A stretch of DNA of 64,000 nucleotides from an uncultured Chloroflexia bacterium. GTDB taxonomy: Bacteria > Chloroflexota > Limnocylindria > Limnocylindrales > CSP1-4. The translations under genes were made by a program, and so were the position numbers. Location: NCBI GenBank assembly GCA_963808895.1, contig CAWEHL010000001.1, forward strand, positions 515,560 to 579,559, read 5' to 3'. Position 1 is the stretch's first letter. Each line of letters starts with the position of its first letter. The notes under the pieces are model-generated. The model was not told the DNA's origin. It did not search any database and saw nothing but the letters and a program-made list of their open reading frames with translations. This document shows positions 18,170 through 26,978 of the stretch, in pieces.

Positions 18170-19657
18170 TCATGATGCTGGAGCGGAAGCTCGTGGCGTC
18201 AGGCTTGTTCGGGGGCTTGCGAGGTGGCGGGGAGCGAGCTCGCCGAGACGGTCGCTGGACCAGTGCCGGTCGCCGGCTGGTTCGCTCAGGCGCGTCGCGG
18301 CAGCCTGACCAAGGATCGGGATCGGCCGAGGCTGGACCGTCCGGCCCGGGTCGGCGACACCCTCGACGTGGTGGGTCCTGACGAAGGCGTCGACGACCAC
18401 TGGATCGAACTGGATGCCGGCGAACTTGCGCAGCTCCGCCAGCGCCTGTTCGGCGGTCAGCGGGGTCATCCGGTAGGGGCGGGCGGCCGTCATGGCTTCG
18501 AAGGCATCGGCGACGTGGAGGACCCGGGCGAGCTTGGGGATCTCGTCACCGATCAGCCGGTCGGGGTAGCCGGAGCCGTTGTACCACTCGTGGTGGTGGC
18601 GGATGATCGGCAGCTCGGGGGCGAGCTTGGTGACCGGGGCGATGATCTGCGCACCCAGGACGGGATGCGCGTTCATGATCATCCGCTCCTCCTTGTTCAG
18701 GCGCTCCTGTTTGTTCAGCACCCGGTCCGGGACGCCGATCTTGCCGACGTCGTGGAGCAGGCCGCCCCACTCCAGCGCTTCGAGCTCGGCGTCGTTGACG
18801 TGCATGACCCGCCCGATATCGACCGCGATCTCCTTCACCCGATGGCTGTGCTTGGCCGTGAACGGGTCGCGCTTGTCGACGGCCTCGGCGAGCGCGCCGA
18901 TCGTCTGGGTGAACATCTCGCGCATCTCGATGAAGCGCGCGTAGGCCAGCCGGGTCGAATACAGCGGGACGGCGAATAGGGCGGTCGCCCACCACTGAAC
19001 GGCGTAGACGACCGTCATCAGCCAGGACAGGGGCGCCAGGGCAATCATGCTTCCGAGGATCCCGCGGGTGTCGGCGCGCAAAGCTTCGAGGACCGACTGG
19101 TTCGTTCGGAGGCTTAGCAGTACGAACGCGAGCCCGACGTTCAAGACTTGGAAGACGGCTGCCGCCACCATCGCGGAGGCGAAGTCAGTGAAAGGACCAA
19201 GAGCCGGCGCGAGCTCGAGCCCGGCTTCCCGAACGACTCCCGCGACGATGGCAGGGATTACCAAGCACGCGTGATTGGCAAGAGACCCGTACCAGGGGAT
19301 GCGTCCGCGAAGCTCGCGCAGCTCGGTTGTGCCGATTGCCGCGACCCAACCACCGACCGCGGGGCCTCCGAGCATAAAGGAGGCCATGATCGGTGCCACT
19401 GCTACACCAATCTGCGAGCCGCGTGGCTGTTGCACCGGCCAGGCGGAAGCCAGCAGAGTAATTGCTGTCCACGCGAGGATGCCAAGAGCGACCTCCAACG
19501 GATCGGTTCCCGGAAGGCCAATCTCGACGGCGATCCCCGGTTTGGGCGGAAAAAGAAAAGTCGCGGTCACCAGCGCCAATGCGCCAATGACCACGACAGT
19601 CGCGACGTAAAGCTTGAGAGACTTAGGCATCGTTCTGGGACCAGCCACCTCCCTCAC
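18170..19657 (-). CDS. Membrane-anchored HD-GYP domain protein (c-di-GMP phosphodiesterase family)
   Basis: About 6-7 N-terminal TM spans, then HSHRV, GGLLHDVGKIGVPD and HHHEWYNGSGYPDRL. Alternative starts at GTG 19648 or ATG 19630. Confidence 0.9.
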   Translation of the reverse strand: MREVAGPRTMPKSLKLYVATVVVIGALALVTATFLFPPKPGIAVEIGLPGTDPLEVALGILAWTAITLLASAWPVQQPRGSQIGVAVAPIMASFMLGGPAVGGWVAAIGTTELRELRGRIPWYGSLANHACLVIPAIVAGVVREAGLELAPALGPFTDFASAMVAAAVFQVLNVGLAFVLLSLRTNQSVLEALRADTRGILGSMIALAPLSWLMTVVYAVQWWATALFAVPLYSTRLAYARFIEMREMFTQTIGALAEAVDKRDPFTAKHSHRVKEIAVDIGRVMHVNDAELEALEWGGLLHDVGKIGVPDRVLNKQERLNKEERMIMNAHPVLGAQIIAPVTKLAPELPIIRHHHEWYNGSGYPDRLIGDEIPKLARVLHVADAFEAMTAARPYRMTPLTAEQALAELRKFAGIQFDPVVVDAFVRTHHVEGVADPGRTVQPRPIPILGQAAATRLSEPAGDRHWSSDRLGELAPRHLASPRTSLTPRASAPAS

Positions 19658-19698
19658 TCTACGGCCAGAGCCGAGCAGTGGGTAATGGGCCTTCCGTA

Positions 19699-19782
19699 CT
19701 AGAAGCCCCTAAGAGAAGCCCCTCCAGCGAGCGCGACCATCGCGACGCTCGAAAGCGTGACGATGATCCGCATAAGTCGCAT
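19699..19782 (-). CDS. Candidate 27-aa hydrophobic mini-protein (MRLMRIIVTLSSVAMVALAGGASLRGF)
   Basis: ATG..TAG ORF 41 nt upstream of the HD-GYP gene. Below the ORF-track size cut-off, with no clear SD. Confidence 0.15.
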   Translation of the reverse strand: MRLMRIIVTLSSVAMVALAGGASLRGF

Positions 19783-19798
19783 TTTCACCGGGCGGGTC

Positions 19799-19828
19799 CT
19801 ACCAGCCCTTGACCGATTCGGGAGCCAT
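19799..19828 (-). CDS. Candidate 9-codon leader ORF (MAPESVKGW) with a strong SD
   Basis: GAAGGAGGAA (19834..19843, minus strand), then 5 nt, then ATG. It lies immediately downstream of the terminator hairpin. Confidence 0.2.
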   Translation of the reverse strand: MAPESVKGW

Positions 19829-19861
19829 CGGGCTTCCTCCTTCTCGGCCCTCGTGCTCTGG

Positions 19862-19898
19862 GAACACGAAAACCGACCTGACTTAAAAGTCGGTCGGT
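19862..19898 (-). terminator. Intrinsic terminator/attenuator hairpin with U-rich tail
   Basis: Minus strand ACCGACCGACUUUUAAGUCAGGUCGGU (10 bp with one bulge) followed by UUUCGUGUU. Confidence 0.6.
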
Positions 19899-19978
19899 TG
19901 CACTAGTCGCTCCGTCCCACCCTAAGTGCCCAATTTCAGGTGGGGCATCGCCGCGTCCGAGCGTCTTGACGGTTCTTC

Positions 19979-19996
19979 CTAGTACTGGGGTACTAG
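19979..19996. promoter_or_regulatory. Perfect inverted repeat CTAGTAC-N4-GTACTAG (operator or 5' RNA hairpin)
   Basis: 7-bp arms; lies just downstream of the predicted -10 at 20008..20013. Confidence 0.45.
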
Positions 19997-20007
19997 CAAG
20001 TGGCCGG

Positions 20008-20037
20008 ACTGTAGGGATGCCTAACTAAGCCGGTCAA
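20008..20037 (-). promoter_or_regulatory. Putative promoter TTGACC-N18-TACAGT for the HD-GYP operon leader
   Basis: Minus strand reads gtaTTGACCggcttagttaggcatcccTACAGTcc, 21 nt downstream of the regulator's stop codon. Confidence 0.4.
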
Positions 20038-20057
20038 TACGGAACCTTACCTATCCG

Positions 20058-23000
20058 TCACAGTGCGTCGAGCGGCGGAGGCTCCACTCCTACCTCGTCA
20101 CGCATGACCGCGGCGTAGTGCGCGTATTGCTCGGCCGCGGCGGAATGCGCACCCGTTACCCGGTATAGACGGAGCAGGCAAATCTCGATCTGCTCTGCGG
20201 TCGGATCAGCGTCCAAGGCACGCCGTGCAATCGTGATGCCGCGGTCGTAATGACCTGTAGTGAAGTCGTCAAGGACGGACCGTTCGACGATCTCTAGGTA
20301 CGACGCATGGAGATTGTCTCGATAAGCCGCGGCCCATTCTTCGTACTCAAAATCCAGGGCGAATCTGCCCCGGTACAGGCCCGTAAGGCGGTCGACGTCA
20401 TCCGGAGAGGGCTTAGGGGGCAATTCCCGAATTAGCGCTTTGCAGGCTGCACTTCGACTCGACACTAGTTCGGGGTCGAGCCAGACGACGTCCGAGTCGT
20501 GATGGACGTACCCCGGCGTCAGATCGTCCGAATAGGCCTCCTCAAGGACTCGTCGGAGGAAGTAGATCGTCTGATTGAGTGAGTTCACGGCGACTTCTGG
20601 ATCCAGGTCCGGCCAGAGAGCATCGAGTACTTGGTCTCGCGTCGCCGACATCTGCGGCCGAGTGATAAGGAAGCAGAGCATCGCGAGCACTTTTCTTCGA
20701 ATCGCTGAACCGAGAACGCTTCGGGTCCCAATCTCCACCGTTACCCGGCCTTGATCCTCCACGTGGACCACGTCCGCAAGACGTCTTGCGATTGACCGGC
20801 CGAGGGTCATTGCATCGGGGCGGCGGCGAGAAGACCTAGCGAGCCGCCGCAGACGCGGGATGTCTGAGCGATCTCCGATCGCCTCGAGCATCCGCGCTGC
20901 GGGTATGTTCACGTCGGCCGCCTCCTTGTCGAGAACCAGCCGGAGAGCTGCTTTCCACCGCTCGGGATGGCGGTCTCCCGCTCTGTGCAGCGCGGCTACC
21001 GACCCCTCATAAAGTCGGGGCATGTGTGGGACCAGATCCTCGGCTAGAAAGGTCAGGTGCCAAGGCGCCGCACGTTCTATGAGGCAGATCGTGTCACTCA
21101 GGGTTTCAGGACTTCCCAACGTTGCCAGCAGAAGTTCGCCTAGGCGTCGGGTTGCAGTTGCGCCTTGGGATTTCGCTGCCTGTGTCGCTTTTCGCAGAAG
21201 TACCGGCGCCTGAAGGTCATCGCCGATTACAGCGAGATGGGCGACAGTCATGTCAAAGGACGCATGAGCGCCAATGACACTCGTGAGGCCGGGGACGAAT
21301 CCGCTCAGTGCCTTCTCAGCAGAGACAGCGTCTCGAACGCGGATCGCGATCCGAGCTTTGGCGATAGCCACGGCTCGGCGATCGGCGATTGTCTGGAGTG
21401 AGTCATCGCTAATCCGATCAAGCAGGGCTAGCGCCGTAAGGTGGGATTCATAAGCATCGAAGGCATCCGCGGCCTCAGCAACTGCTTCGTTCGGAACGTA
21501 TCGCGTTGATTCGGACGTCATCCGCGCCGCAAGACCGCGCGCATCGGCATCCATCCCGAGCCGCAACATGATCGCGGCTCTGACCGCACGCGCAGATGAA
21601 TGCTCGATGTCCCCGGTCGTGGACTCGAGGGCATCGATTGCCTCGTTAGCCTCGGCAAGGGCATCCTCGACGCGATCCTGAACAACCGAATTCATCGCCA
21701 AATTGAGCATGGTTACGCCGTAGTAGTGCGATGTAGATGCCCGCTGGACATCAGCCATCGCGCGGAGCCGCCGATTGATCGAGTCGACGTCGGCTTCTGA
21801 GCTTGCCGTCAGGATCGCTGCGCTAACGCCAGCTATAGATATGAGATTTGGGTCAAGGGTGATCCTCTCGAGGTGTCTTGCGAGCTCGAGCGCGCGCTCG
21901 CCGTTTCCGAAGTTGAAGTTCGCGGCCAACAGGTTCAGCAAGGCGTGATCCCGTTGGACGGCATCTGTGACGCCGGAGTCGAGGACCGCCTGGCTGGCAG
22001 CGATCGCGGCCTCGTAGTCGCCCTGCTGCATGTCGACGCGGCTCAGGATCAGGTCGAAGCCGGCCGGCCGGCGCTCGTGACTGATCGGTCCGATGAACGC
22101 CTCGGCGAGCGCGTATTGCCCGTCCCCCATGATCGTCGGGATGGCGCTCGCGACGACGCCGAGCATCGCCTCGGTATCCCCCGCCTCGCGATAGTGATGC
22201 GCGGCGGTCTTCCAGTCGGTACTCGCTGACGCGATCGCGGCTTGTCGATGCAGCGCCGCGACAGCGTCGGGACCATCCATCGACCGAAGGCGCGCCTCGA
22301 GGAAGCCTCGAACGAGCGGGTGGTACCGCTGGTGGGTCCGCGGCGCGCCGGACTGTCGGCTGAGCAAGGTCAGGCGCTCGGCGGCTGTGGTCAGCCGTGC
22401 GACGTCGGAACTTTCGCGACCCGAGACGACCTCGGCCAGTTCAGGCGTGACGACCTGGAGGATCGACGTTTCCATCAGGAATCGCTGCAACTCGTCATCG
22501 AGATCGCCCACGACTTCCTCGGCGAGATAGTCGTAGAGGTCGTGGTCGGCGCCGTTGAGCGTCCTGACGAACCGACGGATCTCGGTCGGCGACCGGTCGC
22601 GCAGCGCGGCTTGGACGAGCTGTAACGACGCGATCCAGCCCTCCGTCCGGACAGCGAGATCCTCCAGCACGTCCGGGTCGATCCGCCGACCGTAGGTCTC
22701 GGTGAACAGCTGGGCAGTCTCCGAAGCATCGAAGCGAAGGTCATCGGTGGCGAGTTCCGCGACTTCGCCGACGGACCGGAGCTTCGACAGCGGGATCGCA
22801 GGCGGTCTTCGGCTCGCGAAGACGACCGTCATGCGCTCCGGAGCGCGGACGACGAGCTCGCGTGCGATGACGCGCGCGTCCGGCGCGTCATCGACGAGGT
22901 GGAAGTCATCGAAGATGAGGACGGCGCCGGAGCCGGCGATGGCCGGCAACTCTTCGAGGAACGTCGAGAGCGCCGCCTCGCGAGTCGTCCCGGCGGTCCC

Positions 23001-23492
23001 GGCATCGGCCAGGACCGCGGCGGTCGCTGGTGCGAAGGCCGGGTCGTGCTCGCGGCCGGCAGCGACCAGGTGATGGAGCATCGTGACCCAGTCGCGGTCG
23101 TCAGGATCGAGTCGGTACCAGAGCGTCCGCATCCGCGTGCGCCGAGCGAAATCGGCGAGGAGTGTCGTCTTGCCATACCCGGCGTCAGCGAGGACGAGGA
23201 CGACGCGACCGTGGATCTTGGCACGCAGCCAGTCCAGCAGACGTGGTCGTTCGAGCGTCTCATCGCGGAGCGCTGGACGCTGGACCTTCGCGATCTGGAT
23301 CGGGTAGCCGCTGACTTCGTCGCTCAGGTGGGCACTCCTGGACGGCGTCACCCCGGCCATATCGTGGGTCCCTACCGGGATCTGCTGAGAGGTGACGAAC
23401 TCCTGCGGAGACCGGCGGGGATCGGGGGGCGCGAACGATATCGACCGCTCGCGCGCCGTGTCAACGGAGCCGAGGGAGGGGCGGTCGGGCAT
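20058..23492 (-). CDS. Large STAND-type regulator: MalT-like ATPase + helical repeats + C-terminal SARP module (OmpR-type wHTH + BTAD)
   Basis: Walker A LADAGYGKTTLL, Walker B VLIFDDFH, MalT-like WIASLQLV. C-terminus RKVLAMLCFLITRP...RDQVLDALWPD...LNQTIYFLRRVL then LYRGRFALDFEYEEWA...LLRLYRVTGAHSAAAEQY. Confidence 0.8.
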   Translation of the reverse strand: MPDRPSLGSVDTARERSISFAPPDPRRSPQEFVTSQQIPVGTHDMAGVTPSRSAHLSDEVSGYPIQIAKVQRPALRDETLERPRLLDWLRAKIHGRVVLVLADAGYGKTTLLADFARRTRMRTLWYRLDPDDRDWVTMLHHLVAAGREHDPAFAPATAAVLADAGTAGTTREAALSTFLEELPAIAGSGAVLIFDDFHLVDDAPDARVIARELVVRAPERMTVVFASRRPPAIPLSKLRSVGEVAELATDDLRFDASETAQLFTETYGRRIDPDVLEDLAVRTEGWIASLQLVQAALRDRSPTEIRRFVRTLNGADHDLYDYLAEEVVGDLDDELQRFLMETSILQVVTPELAEVVSGRESSDVARLTTAAERLTLLSRQSGAPRTHQRYHPLVRGFLEARLRSMDGPDAVAALHRQAAIASASTDWKTAAHHYREAGDTEAMLGVVASAIPTIMGDGQYALAEAFIGPISHERRPAGFDLILSRVDMQQGDYEAAIAASQAVLDSGVTDAVQRDHALLNLLAANFNFGNGERALELARHLERITLDPNLISIAGVSAAILTASSEADVDSINRRLRAMADVQRASTSHYYGVTMLNLAMNSVVQDRVEDALAEANEAIDALESTTGDIEHSSARAVRAAIMLRLGMDADARGLAARMTSESTRYVPNEAVAEAADAFDAYESHLTALALLDRISDDSLQTIADRRAVAIAKARIAIRVRDAVSAEKALSGFVPGLTSVIGAHASFDMTVAHLAVIGDDLQAPVLLRKATQAAKSQGATATRRLGELLLATLGSPETLSDTICLIERAAPWHLTFLAEDLVPHMPRLYEGSVAALHRAGDRHPERWKAALRLVLDKEAADVNIPAARMLEAIGDRSDIPRLRRLARSSRRRPDAMTLGRSIARRLADVVHVEDQGRVTVEIGTRSVLGSAIRRKVLAMLCFLITRPQMSATRDQVLDALWPDLDPEVAVNSLNQTIYFLRRVLEEAYSDDLTPGYVHHDSDVVWLDPELVSSRSAACKALIRELPPKPSPDDVDRLTGLYRGRFALDFEYEEWAAAYRDNLHASYLEIVERSVLDDFTTGHYDRGITIARRALDADPTAEQIEICLLRLYRVTGAHSAAAEQYAHYAAVMRDEVGVEPPPLDAL

Positions 23493-23569
23493 GGGGTCAT
23501 GGTGGCGTCAGGCGCTCAACCGGCGATTAGCTGCGACGACTCACCGAGGCGCATGACCGTCGGATAGCG

Positions 23570-23610
23570 CGAGGCCGATCCAAGTCCGGACGTCCGGCGG
23601 ATCGGCCTCG
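23570..23610 (-). terminator. GC-rich hairpin downstream of the zinc-ribbon gene (no U tract)
   Basis: 12-bp stem CGAGGCCGATCC/GGATCGGCCTCG enclosing the palindrome CCGGACGTCCGG, 19 nt after the stop. Confidence 0.4.
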
Positions 23611-23628
23611 AGGTCGCGGTGGGTACGT

Positions 23629-23934
23629 TCAGACGTGCGCAGGCGTCCCCAACGTGCCGGCCCGGACCTTATCGAAGCAAGAGCTGCAGTACACCGGTCG
23701 ATCGTTCCGTGGCGCGAACGGGACGACGGCCTGACCCCCGCAGGCGCCGCAGATCGCTGCATGGAACTCGCGCGGTCCCTCATTGTTCCGCGCGCGCTTG
23801 GCGGCCGCCCGACACGACGGGCACCGCTGCGGATCGTTCACCAGGCTCTTGCTGGCGAAGAACGCCTGCTCGCCTGCGGAGAAGGTGAACTCCTCCCCGC
23901 AGTCACGACAGGTCAAACTGCGATCCTGGTACAC
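23629..23934 (-). CDS. Double zinc-ribbon protein
   Basis: CRDCGEEF..CPSCR and CGACGGQ..CSSCF CxxC pairs. Confidence 0.75.
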   Translation of the reverse strand: MYQDRSLTCRDCGEEFTFSAGEQAFFASKSLVNDPQRCPSCRAAAKRARNNEGPREFHAAICGACGGQAVVPFAPRNDRPVYCSSCFDKVRAGTLGTPAHV

Positions 23935-24132
23935 GCTCTCCAGACCCTCCTACGCTGGGACGCCGTGGACGGCCCGGCGCGCGGTCCGCGCGGATCGGCG
24001 CTGGGGCGCGCGGGGCAGTAGGGGGACTGCGCGCCCGGTCCGGTCCGGGCGGAGCCCGGGTCTAGCCGAGAAGATACGCGTGACGTCAAGGGTAGTTGGC
24101 GTATCTCTGGGGTTGTTTCGGAACCGCGCCGA

Positions 24133-25086
24133 GTGAATCCGCGTCCGGCCGCCATGTCGAACCAACCGCGCCGTCTGGCGTCCATCGCCCTGACTCCGTT
24201 CCTCCTGGCATCGCTCGTCGCCTGCAGTAGCGGCGGCGGAGCCGTCGCAACGCCGAGCGCCGCGCCGTCCGCGGGTGCATCGGCGAGTCCTAGTGGGGCG
24301 CCCAGCCCGTCGGCGGCCGGCGGCATCGATCACAAGACGGGTGCGACCGACGTCCTCCTCCGGTACGACGAGGGCGGGGGCCTGATGATGGCCGGCTATA
24401 GCGCCGCCCAGGCGCCGATCTTCACCCTGTACGGCGACGGCACCGTGATCTTCCGCAACCCGTTGAAGGACCCGCCGGCCGCCCAGGGCTCGACCACACC
24501 GTTCAACCCGCTGCGTACGGCCAAGCTCAACGAGGACCAGGTCGTGGAGCTGCTCACCCTCGCGCTGGGCCAAGGCGGGCTGGCCGTGGCTCGCCCGAAC
24601 TACGACAACCCGATGGTCGCCGACGTCGGCACGACTGTCTTCACGATCGATGCGGGCGGGATCAAGAAGGCGGTCTCGATCATGGCGCTGGGGATGGATG
24701 TCGACGCGACCAATCCAGACGGGCCGGCGCGCGCCGGCTTCAAGAAGCTCGCCGATCGCCTCGCCGACTTCGATCAGGGCGGGTCGATCGAGACGGCGGT
24801 CTACGAACCGAAGGCGTACCGGGCGACGCTCGTCGACGGCGGCGGCATGGCGGCGCCCGACATGGTCGACTGGCCGTGGTCCGACCTCACGGTCAAGGAC
24901 TTCAAGCCCGACGCCGACCCGAACGGCCTCCAGTTCCCGCACGCGACCCTCACGCCGGAGCAGGTCGCCGCGCTCGGGATCACGGGTGTCGAAGGCGGCT
25001 TCTTCGGCACGCCGGTCAAGGGCTCGGACGGGAAGCCATACATCCTCGCGGTGCGACCGATCCTGCCCGACGATCCGGACGCGTAG
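24133..25086 (+). CDS. Lipoprotein of unknown function
   Basis: Signal peptide with lipobox LASLVAC-SSGG, followed by an Ala/Ser/Pro-rich linker. Confidence 0.7.
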   Translation: MNPRPAAMSNQPRRLASIALTPFLLASLVACSSGGGAVATPSAAPSAGASASPSGAPSPSAAGGIDHKTGATDVLLRYDEGGGLMMAGYSAAQAPIFTLYGDGTVIFRNPLKDPPAAQGSTTPFNPLRTAKLNEDQVVELLTLALGQGGLAVARPNYDNPMVADVGTTVFTIDAGGIKKAVSIMALGMDVDATNPDGPARAGFKKLADRLADFDQGGSIETAVYEPKAYRATLVDGGGMAAPDMVDWPWSDLTVKDFKPDADPNGLQFPHATLTPEQVAALGITGVEGGFFGTPVKGSDGKPYILAVRPILPDDPDA

Positions 25087-25208
25087 CGTCGCGCCACCTT
25101 CTTCACGATCGCGAGGCCGATACGCCGGATAGGTTCGAGCCCGGGTCGGCCTCGTGGCATGATGGCCGCTCCGTCGACGCGGGACGAGGGTAGACCTGGA
25201 GGTGCACG

Positions 25209-25412
25209 GTGGGCGTCATCATCATCCGCGAGATGGTCGGGACGAGCCCACGGTCGTGGAGTGACGCTGCCCGGCAGGCGGTCGCCACGGCGTCGAAGAC
25301 GGTGCGCAATATCCAGACGGTGGAGGTCGTGAAATCGTCGGCCACCGTCGAGGACGGCGAGATCGTCGAGTATCGGGTCGAGCTGAAGATCGGCTTCGAA
25401 TACGAGGGCTGA
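25209..25412 (+). CDS. Dodecin family protein
   Basis: 67 aa. EMVGTSPRSWSDAARQAV...VRNIQTVEVV...YRVELKIGFE matches the dodecin pattern. GTG start lies 4 nt after GGAGGTG. Confidence 0.75.
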   Translation: MGVIIIREMVGTSPRSWSDAARQAVATASKTVRNIQTVEVVKSSATVEDGEIVEYRVELKIGFEYEG

Positions 25413-25450
25413 CGACCCCGATCCTGCGGCCGTCACGGCCGGCGCTTCGC

Positions 25451-26800
25451 CTAGCTGACCTCCGCGAAGCGCTCACCGGCATATGACACGAACCGGGTCT
25501 GGCGCTTCTTGAACCAGAGCTGGACCTCGCCGGTCGGCCCGTTGCGGTGCTTGGCCAACTTGAGGTTCACGACTTCCCCGTCGGTATCCTGATCGTCTGA
25601 GCCGCGCTCCTTGTCGCGCCAGAGGAAGCACACCAGGTCGGCGTCCTGCTCGATCGCGCCCGACTCGCGCAGGTCGGAGAGACGTGGCTCCTTCGACTCT
25701 CGCATCTCCGGCTGCCGCGACAGCTGCGAGAGTGCGATGACCGGTACGGACAGCTCGCGGGCAAGCGCCTTCAATCCGCGCGAGATCTCCGACACCTCCT
25801 GGACACGGTTCGCATCCCTGTTGGTCGTCGTCGCCTGCATCAGCTGCAGGTAGTCGACCACGACGAGGTCGAGCCCGGACTCGGCTTGCAGCCGCCGAGC
25901 CTTCGTCCGTAGCTCCATCGCGCTGATGTTCGGTGTGTCGTCGATGTACATCGGCGCTTCCGAGAGCGAGTTCATGGCCGGGGCGATCCGCGTGAAGTCG
26001 AGCTCATCGAGGAACCCGGTCCGGAGCTTCTGCGAGTCGATGTTGGCGACGCTCGAGAGCAGGCGCAGGACGAGCTGCTCCTTGCTCATCTCGAGGCTGA
26101 ACACACCCACGCTCTTGCGCTCACGGACGGCGGCGTGCTCCGCGACGTTCAACGCGAACGACGTCTTGCCGACCGAAGGGCGGGCCGCGACGATGATCAG
26201 GTCGCTCGGCTGAAGGCCCGTCGTCAGGGTGTCGAGGTCGGTGAAGCCCGTCCGGACGCCGGAGATCTCACCACGGTGCGTGTGCAGGTAGTCGAGCCGG
26301 TCGTAGGCATCGTGGAGGAGCGACTTGAGCGGGCTGAAGCCGGCGTCGATGCGCTTCTGACTGACCGCGAACAGCTCGGCCTCTGCGCGGTCGATCGCCT
26401 CCTGGATCTCCGCGGGGTCCTCGTAACCGATGCCAGCGATCCGGCCGGCCGCGCCGATGAGGTTCCGGAGGACGGCCTTGCGCTCCACGATCCGCGCGTA
26501 CTGGGCCGCGTGGACGGCGGTCGGCGTCTCGTTGGAAAGGCTCGACAGGTACGCGCGACCCCCGACCGATTCGAGGTCCTCGCGCCGTTCGAGCGCCTCC
26601 GCGACGGTAACGATGTCGATGGGCTCGCGACGCTCGAAGAGGTCGAGGATGGCCGCGTAGATACGCCCATTCGCCTGGCGGTAGAAGTCCTCCGGTCGCA
26701 GGAATTCGGCGACCTCGACCACGGCGTCGCGATCGATGAGGATGGCGCCCAGCACCGATTGCTCGGCTTCAAGACTTTGCGGCGGAAGGCGGTCGATCAT
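25451..26800 (-). CDS. dnaB: Replicative DNA helicase DnaB (no intein)
   Basis: LPPQSLEAEQSVLGAIL, Walker A ARPSVGKTSFALN, VVDYLQLM, ALSQLSR. Confidence 0.95.
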   Translation of the reverse strand: MIDRLPPQSLEAEQSVLGAILIDRDAVVEVAEFLRPEDFYRQANGRIYAAILDLFERREPIDIVTVAEALERREDLESVGGRAYLSSLSNETPTAVHAAQYARIVERKAVLRNLIGAAGRIAGIGYEDPAEIQEAIDRAEAELFAVSQKRIDAGFSPLKSLLHDAYDRLDYLHTHRGEISGVRTGFTDLDTLTTGLQPSDLIIVAARPSVGKTSFALNVAEHAAVRERKSVGVFSLEMSKEQLVLRLLSSVANIDSQKLRTGFLDELDFTRIAPAMNSLSEAPMYIDDTPNISAMELRTKARRLQAESGLDLVVVDYLQLMQATTTNRDANRVQEVSEISRGLKALARELSVPVIALSQLSRQPEMRESKEPRLSDLRESGAIEQDADLVCFLWRDKERGSDDQDTDGEVVNLKLAKHRNGPTGEVQLWFKKRQTRFVSYAGERFAEVS

Positions 26801-26978
26801 CGTCCCCGAGACTGCGTGACGGTTGTGACAACTGACTGTCGTGGCCGGACCGCATGGCTGGGAAGGGGCTTATCCCCGAAGCGCATCCACGAACTGCGTC
26901 GCGCCCGTTAGTCGACTGTGGGCGGGCTGTGGACAGGTCCCAGAACCGAGTATCGGAGGCCCGGCGCGGCCTCCGCCC

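Noticed and set aside
19000-22000. Lower-GC patch as a prophage or integrative element.
   Set aside because: There is no integrase, recombinase, phage gene, flanking direct repeat or tRNA. The patch cuts through two genes rather than bounding a gene cassette. It is kept only as a compositional observation.
25110-25150. tRNA-like T-loop string AGGTTCGAGCCCGGG downstream of the lipoprotein gene.
   Set aside because: The flanks cannot form T-stem, anticodon or acceptor arms. The sequence is simply the loop of a 9-bp hairpin (CGAGGCCGA...TCGGCCTCG), probably a terminator.
26801-26978. DnaA-box-like 9-mers (CTGTCCACA on the minus strand at about 26926; TTATCCCCG at about 26869) next to dnaB, as a possible replication origin.
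   Set aside because: Only one or two imperfect boxes are present. There is no AT-rich unwinding element and no dnaA, dnaN or rpmH nearby. The spacer also holds the lexA terminator hairpin (26955..26974).
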